A stretch of DNA of 63,980 nucleotides, the filler included, from Licmophora abbreviata (Eukaryota): assembly GCA_900291995.1 (NCBI GenBank). It is 17 parts of 17 records of this genome, joined end to end, with 100 filler letters (N's around TTAATTAATTAA, not from the genome) between each part and the next. Parts side by side here need not be neighbours in the genome. Positions count along the whole stretch, not along the records: positions 11,432 to 19,290 come from OLMU01004730.1; positions 19,391 to 21,632 come from OLMU01004732.1; positions 21,733 to 23,784 come from OLMU01004733.1; positions 23,885 to 25,266 come from OLMU01004734.1; positions 25,367 to 29,139 come from OLMU01004735.1; positions 29,240 to 30,703 come from OLMU01004736.1; 11 more parts are not named here. One strand, given 5' to 3'. A program made the position numbers and the translations under genes. Position 1 is the first letter of the stretch. Each line of letters begins with the position of its first letter. The notes below the pieces were generated by a model, which saw only the letters and a program-made list of their open reading frames with translations, did no database searches and had not been told where the DNA came from. Of this stretch, positions 17,699 through 29,409 are shown one piece after another.

Positions 17699-19290
17699 TT
17701 AGCCCAGAAGGCGGCGGGCGATGACCTGCGCCTGAATTTCGGCAGCACCTTCGAAGATGTTGAGGATGCGGGCATCGCAGAGGATGCGGCTGATGCCGTA
17801 TTCCAGAGCAAAGCCGTTGCCGCCATGGATCTGCAGGCCGTTATCGGCGGCCGACCACGCGACGCGCGCGCCAAGCAGCTTGGCCATGCCGGCTTCGAGG
17901 TCACAGCGGTTGCCATTGTCCTTTTCCCATGCGCTGAAATAGGTCAGCTGCCGGGCCACCATGATTTCCACGGCCATCATCGCCAGCTTGCCCGACACGC
18001 GCGGGAAGGCGATCAGCGATTTGCCGAATTGCTTGCGGTCGATGGCATAGCGCATGCCGACATCCAGCGCCGATTGCGCCACGCCGATGGCGCGGGCGGC
18101 GGTCTGGATGCGGGCGGATTCGAAGGTCTCCATCAGTTGCTTGAAGCCCTTGCCCTCTTCGCCGCCCAGAAGGTTCTCGCCCTTGACGTGGAAGTTGTCG
18201 AAGGCAAGTTCGTATTCCTTCATGCCGCGATAGCCCAGTACCTCGATCTCGCCGCCGGTCATGCCGTCGGTGGGGAAAGGGGCCTCGTCGGTGCCGGGGG
18301 TCTTTTCGGCGAGGAACATCGACAGGCCGCGATGATCGGTGGTGTCAGGGATGGTGCGCGCCAGCAGGGTCATGACATGGGTGCGCGAGGCATGGGTGAT
18401 CCATGTCTTGTTGCCGGTGATCTTCCAATCGCCGTTTTCATCCTTGACCGCGCGGGTGCGCAGGCTTCCGAGATCCGAGCCGGTGTTGGGTTCGGTGAAG
18501 ACAGCCGTCGGCAGGGTTTCGGCGCTGGCAAGGCGCGGCAGCCATTTCTGTTTCTGCTCCTCGGTGCCGCCGGCGATGATCAGCTCTGCCGCGATCTCGG
18601 AGCGGGTACCAAGAGAGCCAACGCCGATATAGCCCCGGCTGAGTTCTTCGGAGACGACGCACATGGACGCCTTGCTCAGACCGAAGCCGCCGTATTCTTC
18701 GGGGATGGTCAGGCCGAAGACGCCCATTTCGGCCAGTTCCTCGATGATTTCCATCGGGATCAACTCGTCCTTGAGGTGCCACTCATGGGCATGGGGTTCG
18801 ACCTTGTCGACCGAGAAGCGGCGGAATTGCTCGCGGATCATTTCGAGCTCGTCGTCGAGCCCGGAATGGCCCACTGTCAGCTCGGCGCTGCGTTCCTGCA
18901 TGAGCTCGACGAGACGGGTGCGCGCGGCCTGCGTGTTGCCGGCGCGGCACAGGGTCTGGATCTCGGGGGTGTCGAGCAAGGCGATGTCGCTGTCGGTCAG
19001 GTCCAGATCGTGCAGACGGACCATTTCGCCCTGGTTCATCTGGATGCCGCCGCGCAGCTGTGAGAGGTACTCGCCGAAGGCGATCTGCTGGATCAGCTGC
19101 TCGACCTCGCCGAATTTTCCCATGTCGGTCAGGCGATTGGCCCAGTTCTGCATCTGGCGCAGCGACTCGACATAGGTGGCGAGCCAGGCAAGGCCGTGGG
19201 CCGCGAATTGATGCGCCTCGACCGCGCCGCCCGAGACCCGGCCATCGACCGTGACCAGATCGCGCATCCGCGCGCGGGCCTTGTCCAGCA
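17699..19290 (-). CDS. mcd: (2S)-methylsuccinyl-CoA dehydrogenase (ethylmalonyl-CoA pathway), 5' end in the gap
   Basis: Acyl-CoA dehydrogenase with the Mcd-type N-terminal extension (HQFAAHGLAWLATYVESLRQM); LPTAVFTEPNTGSDLGSL, GYRGMKEY, RILNIFEGAAEIQA. Confidence 0.88.
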
Positions 19291-19390
19291 NNNNNNNNNN
19301 NNNNNNNNNNNNNNNNNNNNNNNNNNNNNNNNNNTTAATTAATTAANNNNNNNNNNNNNNNNNNNNNNNNNNNNNNNNNNNNNNNNNNNN

Positions 19391-20070
19391 CCATCGGCAT
19401 GGTTGGCCGAGCAGTGCATTGGCATGATGCCCTTTTCGGGCAGCAGGTAGTTGAGCAGGGTGAACACGGATTTCTTGTTCTCCCCGGCATATTCGGTGCC
19501 GCCGATCAGGATCATCTTGCGGTCGAAATTCATCGCGATGACGGTTTCCGAGCGGCACCCGTGCCGTCCGGGATCGGCCCGGAAGCTGGGGCAGTTGATG
19601 ACGGTGAAATCGGCGGTGAAGCGATCCAGGGCGTCACGCTCGGGGCGGCGCAGCAGGTGACGGATGAAAAGGCCGTGCCAGGCCAGCTCGGTCACCATGC
19701 GCACATTGATCGCATGGGCCGGATCGGCCCCGCCGACCAGATCCTGCACATAATAGTCGCCCCCCTGCATATGGGCGATCATATCGGCATAAAGCGTATC
19801 GAACCCTTCGGGCGACATGGCGGCGTTGTTCTCCCACCAGATCGTATCGGCCACGCTGTCGGTCTTGACGACATGCTTGTCCTTGGGCGAGCGACCGGTG
19901 AACTTGCCGGTGGTGACCAGAAACGCGCCGCCACGACCCAGCGTGCCCTCGCCGGCCTTGAGGGCCGCTTCGATCAGCGCCGGTTCGATGAGGTTGTAAT
20001 AGACATTGCCCAGCCCCGTGATGCCCTGATCCTCGAGCCGGAATTGCGGGTTGACCCGTCCAGATGTCAT
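19391..20070 (-). CDS. pckA: PEP carboxykinase (ATP), 5' part
   Basis: [32 protein letters not shown]; divergent from chvI as is usual in alphaproteobacteria. Confidence 0.95.
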
Positions 20071-20217
20071 GTCTTTCACGCTCCTGTTCGCGATGACCGC
20101 CCGCAGGGCGGCGAAACTGTCGTGGCGCCGGGACCGGCGCCGGTGTGTCGGTGTGTACCGGCCCCCGCGCGCCTCTTAACATGACGTTTCCATGAAAGAA
20201 CAGGACGGTTTCAAGCC

Positions 20218-20269
20218 GTTAGCGCAACCACGCGAAAGTTAGCGCAACCAGATCGGCGTTGGCGCTAAC
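20218..20269. promoter_or_regulatory. Three LacI-type (CceR/GapR-like) operators at exact 20-bp period
   Basis: GTTAGCGCAACC (20218), GTTAGCGCAACC (20238) and GTTGGCGCTAAC (20258), all variants of the palindrome GTTAGCGCTAAC. Confidence 0.72.
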
Positions 20270-20453
20270 AAAAGGAGGGCAGTACCCGGCAACCGTGGCG
20301 AAAGTGAGTCAATTTAGCCATTGGTAGGATTTTTTTGCACTAATGAGAGCACGGAAAGGGGGCGATTCGCAGTTTAGGATTGATCGTAAAGGGCAAAACG
20401 GCTCATATTGTTGAAAAAAATACAACAAGCAGAGCAGTACAAGGACCAATCAC

Positions 20454-21155
20454 ATGTCAAAGATCGCCCTCGTGGACGATGATCGCAACATTCTGACTTC
20501 GGTCTCGATGACGCTCGAAGCGGAAGGTTTCGAGGTGGAGACGTATAATGACGGCCAACAGGCGTTCGATGCCTTCAGCAAGAAGCTGCCGGACATGGCC
20601 GTTCTGGATATCAAGATGCCCCGCATGGACGGGATGGATCTGCTGCAGCGGCTGCGTCAGAAGACGTCGATGCCGGTGATTTTCCTGACCTCGAAGGATG
20701 ATGAGATCGACGAGGTTCTGGGCCTGCGCATGGGGGCTGACGACTATGTCAAGAAGCCGTTCAGCCAGCGGCTTCTGGTCGAGCGGATCCGCGCGCTGCT
20801 GCGCCGTCAGGACGCGATGGATGGCAAGATCGTCGGCGACACCGAGGAAACCAAGGTGATCGAGCGCGGCCATCTGCAGATGGACCCGCTGCGCCACGCG
20901 GTCAGCTGGAAGGGTCAGGACGTGTCGCTGACCGTCACGGAATTCCTGTTGCTGCAGGCGCTGGCGCAGCGTCCGGGGTTTGTCAAAAGCCGCGACCAGC
21001 TGATGGATGTGGCCTATGACGACCAGGTTTATGTGGATGACCGCACCATCGACAGCCACATAAAGCGGCTGCGCAAGAAACTGCGGATGGTGGACGCTGA
21101 CTTCTCGGCGATCGAAACGCTTTATGGTATCGGATACCGGTACAACGAGGAATAA
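20454..21155 (+). CDS. chvI: OmpR-family response regulator ChvI
   Basis: [54 protein letters not shown]. Confidence 0.96.
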   Translation: MSKIALVDDDRNILTSVSMTLEAEGFEVETYNDGQQAFDAFSKKLPDMAVLDIKMPRMDGMDLLQRLRQKTSMPVIFLTSKDDEIDEVLGLRMGADDYVKKPFSQRLLVERIRALLRRQDAMDGKIVGDTEETKVIERGHLQMDPLRHAVSWKGQDVSLTVTEFLLLQALAQRPGFVKSRDQLMDVAYDDQVYVDDRTIDSHIKRLRKKLRMVDADFSAIETLYGIGYRYNEE

Positions 21156-22906
21156 TGGCACTGGCCGAAGGCATCGACATGCGCGACCGAGGGGCGCCAA
21201 GGCGGGATGACGATGTCGTCCTGGGCGATGATTTCGTCGCCCCCGACAGCGTGGGTGATGAAGAGGTCCGGACACGGCGCGAAAGGCGGGGCTTCATCTC
21301 GCTGCGCGAGTCGTCGCTGACACGCAAGATCATCACCTTCAACCTCGTCGCGCTGAGTTTGCTGCTGGCCGGGGTGCTGTTCCTGAACTCATCGCGTGAC
21401 AGTCTGGCGCTGCAGCGCGCGGGCAGCATGGTGAGCGAGGTCGAGCTTGTCGCCGACGTGTTCGAGGCGCAACTGCCCAGCACCGCCCCGGTCAACCTGA
21501 TGACCGGCGACGGGATCGATGTGATCGGCACGATCGAAGGGCTGGATATTCAGCGCGGCGTCGAGGTCTTTGTGTTCGACAGTGCCGGCGCGCTGGCCGG
21601 TCGCGGCGAGGGGGACCGGGCGCCGGCGCTCTNNNNNNNNNNNNNNNNNNNNNNNNNNNNNNNNNNNNNNNNNNNNTTAATTAATTAANNNNNNNNNNNN
21701 NNNNNNNNNNNNNNNNNNNNNNNNNNNNNNNNCTCGGCGCCGTTTGATGCCGTGCTGACCAACACGCCCGAGACCACCCTGCTCGAGACCGTGAGCGCGC
21801 TGGTCGGCCCGACGCTGCAGGGCGCGCCGCAATCGCTGTCGAGCGAAGTCGGCGGGCGCACCGTTTTCGCGGCGGCCACGCCGATCATCCGGAACGGTGA
21901 GGCGGTGGGCGCGGTGGCGATGGTCAATGCCAGCGGCGAGATCGATCAACTGGTGCGCGCCGAGCATGAATGGGTGCTGCGCATGTTCCTGATCGCGACG
22001 GCGGTGTCGGTGGGGCTGAGCTTGATCCTGGCCTCGACGATCGCAAACCCGCTCTCGGATCTGGCCGCCGCCGCGGAAATCGGCGGGGACCGTAACCGCG
22101 GCAAGGGCGGCGGGCGCATCCGCATCCCCGATCTGACCGCGCGGCCCGACGAGATCGGGCGCCTGTCGGGCGCGCTGCGCGGCATGGTCGCGGCGCTCTA
22201 TCACCGGATCGACAGCAACGAACAATTCGCCGCCGACGTGGCGCATGAGATCAAGAACCCGCTGGCCAGCCTGCGCTCGGCGGTGGGCACGATGCGCGTG
22301 GCCAAGCGCCCGGATCAGCGCGAAAAGCTGCTGGAGGTGATCGAACATGACGTGCGCCGCCTCGACCGGCTGGTGAGCGACATCTCGAACGCCTCGCGGC
22401 TGGACAGCGAGCTGGTCAAGGAAGAGCAAGAGCCGTTCGACCTTTTGGCGATGCTGCGCAATCTCGGCGATTATCTAGGCGAAGAGGCCGAGAAGAAGGG
22501 GGTCGAGTTCATCACCGATTTCCCCAACGAGCCGATTGTCTTCGTCGGTCTGGAGGGGCGGCTGGCGCAGGTTTTCGTCAATCTGATCACCAATGCGATC
22601 AGCTTTTGCGAGGATGGCGACGCGATCCGGCTGTGGGTGCGCAAGCGCGACAACCGGGTTCTGGTGGTGGTCGAGGATACCGGCCCCGGCATTCCGGATC
22701 AGGCGCTGACGAAGATTTTCAAACGCTTCTATTCGCAGCGCGCGGAAAACGATTTCGGCAACAATTCGGGGCTTGGCCTGTCGATCTCGAAGCAGATCGT
22801 CGAGGCGCATGACGGGGTGATCTGGGCCGAGAATATCCGCCCGACCGATGCCGATCCGACGTCGGATCCGCTGGGCGCACGCTTTGTCGTGGGCCTGCCG
22901 GTCTGA
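21155..22906 (+). CDS. chvG: Sensor histidine kinase ChvG (spans a gap)
   Basis: SSLTRKIITFNL, HAMP (RPDEIGRLS), FAADVAHEIKNPL, FGNNSGLGLSISKQIVEAH, GARFVVGLP. Confidence 0.94.
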
Positions 22907-22909
22907 TCC

Positions 22910-23383
22910 ATGACATCGGGGCAGGGCGGCGACGCGCATCCCAGTGAGCCGACAGCGGAGGAAGACGACGCCACATGCCTGCATGCCAGCACGGTGGCCG
23001 TGAACGGCCGCGCGGTCATGATCCGGGGCGCGTCGGGCAGCGGCAAATCGGGTCTGGCGCTGCAGCTGATTGCGTTTGGCGCCGATCTTGTGGCCGATGA
23101 CCGCACGCTGATCCGGCGCGATGGCGCGCGGGTGAGTGCCGATGCGCCCCGAGCGATCCGGGGACGGATCGAGGCGCGGGGCATGGGGCTGCTCAACTGT
23201 CCGGCAAAGGGGCCCGCGCATGTGGTGCTGATCGTGGACATGGACCGCGAGGAAGAGGCGCGTCTGCCGCCGCCGCGGTGCGAGGATCTGCTGGGTGTGA
23301 GCGTGCCTGTGACAAGAAAAAACACCTGCGCCCATTTTCCCGCGGCGATCATGACTTATCTACGACACGGACGCAGCGACTGA
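22910..23383 (+). CDS. hprK: Short alphaproteobacterial HPr kinase/phosphorylase
   Basis: [28 protein letters not shown]; position after chvG. Confidence 0.9.
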   Translation: MTSGQGGDAHPSEPTAEEDDATCLHASTVAVNGRAVMIRGASGSGKSGLALQLIAFGADLVADDRTLIRRDGARVSADAPRAIRGRIEARGMGLLNCPAKGPAHVVLIVDMDREEEARLPPPRCEDLLGVSVPVTRKNTCAHFPAAIMTYLRHGRSD

Positions 23384-23397
23384 CGGACCACGCGAAG

Positions 23398-24462
23398 ATG
23401 CCCGAGACGGCAGACCCCATAGCTTCCCGGCTGGTGCTGGTGACCGGTCCTTCGGGGGCGGGCCGAAGCACTGCGATCCGCGCGCTGGAGGATATGGGAT
23501 ATGAGGCGATCGACAATCTGCCGCTGTCTCTCTTGCCGAGGCTTGTGCCGGGCGCCGGGGTCGAGAAACCGTTGGCGCTTGGCATCGACGCGCGCAACCG
23601 TGATTTTTCGACGACGGCGCTGATCGAGGCGGTGGACCGGATGGAGGCGCCGGGCGGCGCGCCGGTGCAGCTGTTGTACGTGGATTGCGACGCCGGGGTT
23701 CTGTTGCGCAGGTTTTCCGAAACGCGCCGCCGTCATCCGCTGGCGCCGGCCGAAAGCCCCGGCGTGGGGATCGCACGGGAGTTTNNNNNNNNNNNNNNNN
23801 NNNNNNNNNNNNNNNNNNNNNNNNNNNNTTAATTAATTAANNNNNNNNNNNNNNNNNNNNNNNNNNNNNNNNNNNNNNNNNNNNTCGCACGGGAGTTTGA
23901 TCTTCTCAAGCCGATCCGCGCCAGGGCCGATATCCTGATCGATACGTCCGAGCTGTCGCCGCATGATCTGCGGGCGGAGTTGGAGCAATGGTTCGCACCG
24001 CAAGGGCAAAGCCGGCTGGCTGTGTCGGTGCATTCGTTTTCCTACAAGCGCGGCGTGCCGCGCGGGCTCGACATGGTTCTGGATTGCCGGTTCCTGCGCA
24101 ATCCCTATTGGGACGAGGCGCTGCGCACGCTCGACGGGCGGGACATGCGGGTGTCGGGCTACGTGGCGCAGGACCCGCGTTTCGCGGCGTTTCGCGACAA
24201 GGTGGTGGATCTGGTGCAGCTTCTGCTGCCGGCCTATGAGGCGGAGGGCAAGGCCTATCTTGCGATCGGATTCGGCTGCACGGGCGGCCAGCATCGCAGC
24301 GTGACCATGGCAGAAACTTTGGCGGCGGCCCTTGCGAAGGGCGGCTGGCCAGTGTCAATAAGGCATCGCGAACTGGAACGGCGAGGGGCGACCGAGGCGC
24401 CGCGCATCGGCGCGCAGCACATGGGTGATGCGGACGACCAACAGGGAGAGAGACTGCGTTGA
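23398..24462 (+). CDS. rapZ: RNase adapter RapZ (spans a gap; contig ends overlap by 14 nt)
   Basis: [52 protein letters not shown]. Confidence 0.94.
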
Positions 24463-24863
24463 TCGGTATCGTGATCGTGGCGCATGGCGGCCTGGCCCGG
24501 GAATATCTGCGGGCCATTGAGCATGTTGTGGGCGCACAGACCGGCATTCTGGCCATCACGATGGAGGATGACAGCAATCGCGCCGCGAAACAGGCCGAAA
24601 TCTGCGCCGCCGCCGATGCGGTGGATCGCGGGGACGGTGTGTTGATCGTCACGGATCTGTTCGGCGGTTCGCCATCGAACCTGTCGCTCAAGGCGTGCCA
24701 GCCTGAGGACAGGCGGATTCTCTATGGGGCCAACTTGCCGATGCTCATCAAGCTGGTCAAGAGCCGGAACATGCCGGTGCACGAGGCCGCGCGATCCGCG
24801 CTTGACGCGGGGCGCAAATACATAGACAGCCATGCCGGGTCGAGTGAAAAGGCAGACGGGTAG
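24459..24863 (+). CDS. PTS EIIA, mannose/fructose type (ManX-like)
   Basis: [33 protein letters not shown] start. Confidence 0.92.
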   Translation: MIGIVIVAHGGLAREYLRAIEHVVGAQTGILAITMEDDSNRAAKQAEICAAADAVDRGDGVLIVTDLFGGSPSNLSLKACQPEDRRILYGANLPMLIKLVKSRNMPVHEAARSALDAGRKYIDSHAGSSEKADG

Positions 24864-24870
24864 AAGACAT

Positions 24871-25149
24871 ATGTCCGACACGATCACGCGTCATCTGGAA
24901 ATCATCAATGAAAAGGGCCTGCATGCGCGCGCCGCGGCACGGCTGGTGGAAGTGGTCGAGGGATTCGACGCGCGCGCCGAGGTGTCGATGGACGGGCAGA
25001 CGGCGGGCGGAGACAGCATCATGGGGCTTTTGATGTTGGCAGCGTCGAAAGGAACCACTATTGACGTGCAGACCTCGGGGCCGGATGCCGAGGCGCTGGC
25101 CGATGCGGTGCAGGCGCTTGTGGCCAACCGGTTCGGCGAGGATATGTGA
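24871..25149 (+). CDS. ptsH: Phosphocarrier protein HPr/NPr
   Basis: NEKGLHARAAA (phospho-His) and DSIMGLLMLAA (regulatory Ser). Confidence 0.93.
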   Translation: MSDTITRHLEIINEKGLHARAAARLVEVVEGFDARAEVSMDGQTAGGDSIMGLLMLAASKGTTIDVQTSGPDAEALADAVQALVANRFGEDM

Positions 25150-25191
25150 ACCAACCGCGCAGATATGCGCGACGGGACGGGACGACGCCAC

Positions 25192-26177
25192 GTGGTAGAA
25201 CACGTTGAGGACCATGCGCCGGGGCAAGATGACGAGACGGTAAACTTCACGAAGTATGACCGTCGGNNNNNNNNNNNNNNNNNNNNNNNNNNNNNNNNNN
25301 NNNNNNNNNNTTAATTAATTAANNNNNNNNNNNNNNNNNNNNNNNNNNNNNNNNNNNNNNNNNNNNCTATGCCAATTCGTTCGACAAACCCGTGACGGCG
25401 TTCACCATACGAGCGCTCGAATGGTTTACCGGAAAGCTGACGATCCTCAGGATGATCCGCGAGTTCGAGCGGCGCGGCGCGCCCACCGGTCAGCCGTTTT
25501 GGCGCGCGGCGCTGGATACGATGGGGATCGACCTTCTGACGCCTGACGCCGAGCTGATGAATATTCCCAGCGAGGGGCCGGTGGTGGCGGTGGCCAACCA
25601 TCCGCATGGGCTGGTGGATGGGATGATCCTGGCCGATCTGATCGGGCGGCGGCGAACGGATTACAAGATCCTGACGCGGGCGCTGCTGACGGGGATCGAC
25701 GAGGTGGCGGCCTCATACATGATCGCGGTGCCGTTTCCACATGAGCCCGATGCGCAGCGCAAGAGCGTGGAGATGCGCGCCAAGGCGATGGCGCATCTCA
25801 AGGAGGGCGGGCTGATCAGTGTTTTCCCGTCGGGCGTGGTGGCGTCAAGCGACACGATGTTCGGCCCGGTGATCGAGCGCGAGTGGAACGTGTTCACGGC
25901 GCAGATGATCCGGCGGTCCGGTGCGACGGTGGTGCCGATCTATTTTCCGGGGTCCAATTCGCGCAGGTACCAGATGGCCAACCGGATATCGGCGACCCTG
26001 CGGCAGGGATTGCTTCTGCACGAGGTCGTGCACAGCTGCAACAAGCCGCAGCGCCCGGTGGTCGGCGCGCCGATCAGTGCGGAGCGGATGAAGATGCTCG
26101 ACAGTGATCCGCGCGGCTTCATGGCGTGGCTGCGCGAGCATACGCTGGCGCTTGGCGATGATGTGACCGAGCGCTGA
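25192..26177 (+). CDS. Lysophospholipid acyltransferase family protein (candidate SalA ortholog); spans a gap, start uncertain
   Basis: ANHPHGLVDG (HX4D) and VFPSG acyltransferase motifs; located between HPr and hbd. Confidence 0.85.
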
Positions 26178-26183
26178 GGGCGT

Positions 26184-26307
26184 AAATTTTCTGCGAAAAT
26201 TTGAGGCCTGCGGTGTCGGGGTCTTCGGGGGGAATTTTTGCGCCCGAGGGGGGAGAATTTTCTGCGAAAATTCATGACGGCCGGAGGTGAATTTTTCGTG
26301 AAAAATC
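26184..26307. repeat. Cluster of three AT-rich short palindromes (REP-like)
   Basis: AAATTTTC-tgc-GAAAATTT (26184-26202), GAATTTTC-tgc-GAAAATTC (26255-26273), GAATTTTTC-gt-GAAAAATC (26289-26307), plus a half site GAATTTTTGCG near 26232. Confidence 0.8.
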
Positions 26308-26402
26308 ATGCAAGGCACCCGTCGAAAGGCGGTGCCTGATCCAAGCGTGAGGCGGGGGCCCTCACGCGGAGTGCGGCAAGCCTGCCCGATCCGCGTCGCG
26401 GC

Positions 26403-27278
26403 TTACCGCGTCGGGACCGGCACCTCGCCGCGATAATCATAAAAGCCCCGTCCCGTCTTGCGGCCCAGCCAACCGGCTTCGACATATTTCGTCAGCAGCG
26501 GGCAGGGGCGATACTTGGTATCGGCCAACCCGTCATGCAGCACGTTCATGATCGCCAGACAGGTGTCCAGGCCGATGAAATCCGCCAGTTCCAGCGGCCC
26601 CATCGGGTGATTGGCCCCCAGCTTCATGGACTGGTCGATCGACTGCACGTTTCCGACGCCCTCATAGAGCGTATATACCGCCTCGTTTATCATCGGCATC
26701 AGGATCCGGTTGACGATGAAGGCGGGAAAATCCTCGGCCGAGGCGGCGGTCTTGCCCAGTTTCTCGACCACAGCGAGGCAGGCGTCATAAGTCGGCTTGT
26801 CTGTGGCGATGCCGCGAATAAGCTCGACCAGTTGCATGACCGGCACCGGGTTCATGAAGTGAAACCCCATGAATTTTTCGGGCCGGTCGGTGCGGCTGGC
26901 CAGCCGGGTGATCGAGATCGACGAGGTGTTCGACGTCAGGATCGTATGCGGCTGAAGATGCGGCAGCAATTCATCGAAAATCGCCTGCTTGACGGTTTCA
27001 CGCTCGGTCGCGGCTTCGATCACCAGATCGGTGGCACCGAGATCGGTGAGCGTGAGGGTGGGCGTGATGCGCGCCAGGGCGCTGTCCACCGCATCCTGGG
27101 AGATCTTGCCGCGGCTGACCTGACGTTCCATGTTGCGGGTCATGGTCGCGATGGCGTTGTCCAGCATGTCCTGGCTGATGTCGTTGAGCATCACCTCGAA
27201 CCCGGCGAGGGACATGACATGTGCAATGCCGTTGCCCATCTGGCCTGCGCCGACCACGCCGATTTTCCGGATCTCCAT
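26403..27278 (-). CDS. hbd: 3-hydroxybutyryl-CoA dehydrogenase
   Basis: GVVGAGQMGNGIA, SNTSSISIT, GFHFMNPVP, ANHPMGPL, GRKTGRGFY. Confidence 0.95.
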   Translation of the reverse strand: MEIRKIGVVGAGQMGNGIAHVMSLAGFEVMLNDISQDMLDNAIATMTRNMERQVSRGKISQDAVDSALARITPTLTLTDLGATDLVIEAATERETVKQAIFDELLPHLQPHTILTSNTSSISITRLASRTDRPEKFMGFHFMNPVPVMQLVELIRGIATDKPTYDACLAVVEKLGKTAASAEDFPAFIVNRILMPMINEAVYTLYEGVGNVQSIDQSMKLGANHPMGPLELADFIGLDTCLAIMNVLHDGLADTKYRPCPLLTKYVEAGWLGRKTGRGFYDYRGEVPVPTR

Positions 27279-27437
27279 TGTCGCACCTTTCCTGTCCACG
27301 CCGCCACAATAGGCCCGCAGGGGCGCAAGCCGCAAGGGCTGCTGATCGCTAAAATTCCCGGCGAATTGGCGCGTTAGCAGTTTGTCAACGTGGGGGCGTC
27401 ATCTTTGCCCCGGGTGAGTTGGAATCGGTGGGAAAAG

Positions 27438-28310
27438 ATGGATCACGACACAGCGAAGGGGCCAGCGCCCCTTGATTATGAGCCGTGCGGTTATGCCGGA
27501 TCGAACCTGGTGTTCCGGGGGCCTCGGCAGTGCCTTGCGACAGACTATGTCGCCTTTTTGGGTGGATCGGAAACCTATGGCCGGTTCATCCCGCGACCGT
27601 TTCCCGCGCTGGTGGAGGAGGGGCTGGGCATGGCTTGTGTGAATTTCGGATGGCCCAATGCCGGGCCGGATGTGATGCTGGGGGATCCGGGGCTCGAGCG
27701 GCATGTGGCGCGCGCGCGTGCGGTGGTGCTGCAGGTGCCGGGGGCGCTGAACCTGTCCAACAGGTTCTACCGGGTGCATCCGCGCAGGAATGACCGGTTT
27801 CTGCGGGCCATGCGGCCGATGCAAAGCCTGTTTCCGGATGTGGATTTCACCGAATACACGTTCACGCGACATTTGCTGAAAAGCCTGCAAGGCATGGCGC
27901 CGGACCGGTTCGATCTGGTGCGCGACGAGCTGCGCACGGCCTGGGTGGAGCGGATGGTCGACCTTGTCCACCGGATCGGCCCGCCGGTCATCCTGCTGTG
28001 GTTCGCGGCCCGCTTGCCCGAGCGCGGCGCGCAGCGGCCTGATGTGATCTATGATCCGGCTTTCGTGACGCGCGCGATGCTGGAGGGGGTGGCGCCGCAT
28101 GCCGTGCGACTTGTCGAGGTGACGACAAGTGCAGCCGCGCAGAAGATGGGCACCCGCGGGATGATTTTCACCCCGGAGGAGGCCGAGGCGGCGCGCTGTC
28201 TGCCGGGGCCGGCGGCCCATGCGGAGGCGGCGCGTGCGCTTCTGCCGGTCTTGCGCAAGGTGCTGGACATGGGCGAGAGCACAGACGCGCCCCGCGTCGT
28301 GGCGCAATAA
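27438..28310 (+). CDS. DUF6473-like Rhodobacteraceae protein
   Basis: [35 protein letters not shown] motifs recalled for this family. Confidence 0.7.
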   Translation: MDHDTAKGPAPLDYEPCGYAGSNLVFRGPRQCLATDYVAFLGGSETYGRFIPRPFPALVEEGLGMACVNFGWPNAGPDVMLGDPGLERHVARARAVVLQVPGALNLSNRFYRVHPRRNDRFLRAMRPMQSLFPDVDFTEYTFTRHLLKSLQGMAPDRFDLVRDELRTAWVERMVDLVHRIGPPVILLWFAARLPERGAQRPDVIYDPAFVTRAMLEGVAPHAVRLVEVTTSAAAQKMGTRGMIFTPEEAEAARCLPGPAAHAEAARALLPVLRKVLDMGESTDAPRVVAQ

Positions 28311-28322
28311 GCGCCCCAGAAG

Positions 28323-28349
28323 AAAGGCCCGCCAGAGCGGCGGGCCTTT
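28323..28349. terminator. Bidirectional terminator between the DUF6473-like gene and etfA
   Basis: AAAGGCCCGCC-agagc-GGCGGGCCTTT. Confidence 0.8.
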
Positions 28350-28377
28350 GAGCGTGGTTCATTCGGATGAGGCCGGA

Positions 28378-29409
28378 TCAGCCGAGTTTTTCGGTCAGTT
28401 CCGGCACGACCGCGAAGAGATCGGCCACAAGGCCGTAATCGGCGACCTGGAAGATCGGGGCCTCTTCGTCCTTGTTGATCGCGACGATGATCTTGGAGTC
28501 CTTCATGCCCGCGAGATGCTGGATGGCACCCGAGATGCCGACGGCGATATAAAGCTCGGGCGCCACCACCTTGCCGGTCTGGCCCACCTGCCAGTCATTC
28601 GGGGCAAAGCCCGAATCGACCGCGGCACGCGAGGCGCCGACAGCGGCACCGAGCTTGTCGGCCAGGCCCTCGATCAGGGCGAAATCATCCTGCGAGCCGA
28701 CACCGCGACCGCCCGAGACGACCACGCCAGCCGAGGTCAGTTCGGGGCGGTCGGAGGCGGCGACCTTGTCTTCGACCCATTCCGACAGCGCCGGATCGGT
28801 CGCAGCAGCGATCTTTTCGACCGGGGCGGCATTGCCGGTGGCGGCGGCGTCGAAGGTCGAGGTGCGGAAGCTGACCACCTTCTTGGCGTCCGACGAGCGG
28901 ATTTTCTGCACCGCGTTGCCGGCATAGATCGGGCGTTCGAACGTGTCGGCATCGACCACGCCCGAGGCGTCGGTGATGACCATGACATCGAGCAGCGCCG
29001 CGACGCGCGGCAGGATGTTCTTCGCATCCGTGGTGGCCGGCGCGACGATGTGGCTGTAATCGGCGGCGAGGTCCGCCACCAGCTGCGCCACAGGTTCGGC
29101 CAAGCGGTGGCCGTAAAGCGCATCCTCGGCGCAGAGCACNNNNNNNNNNNNNNNNNNNNNNNNNNNNNNNNNNNNNNNNNNNNTTAATTAATTAANNNNN
29201 NNNNNNNNNNNNNNNNNNNNNNNNNNNNNNNNNNNNNNNACCTTGGACACACCGGCGATTGTGGCGGCCTCGTCGGCGGCGCCCGAACAGGTGGCCCCGG
29301 CGCAGAGCACGGTTACATCGCCCAGCTTGGCAGCGGCGGTCACGGCCTTGGCCGTGGCATCCATCGCCAGCGTTCCGTCATTGACTTCGGCAAGAAGAAG
29401 AACAGCCAT
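28378..29409 (-). CDS. etfA: Electron transfer flavoprotein alpha subunit (spans a gap)
   Basis: [43 protein letters not shown]. Confidence 0.96.
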
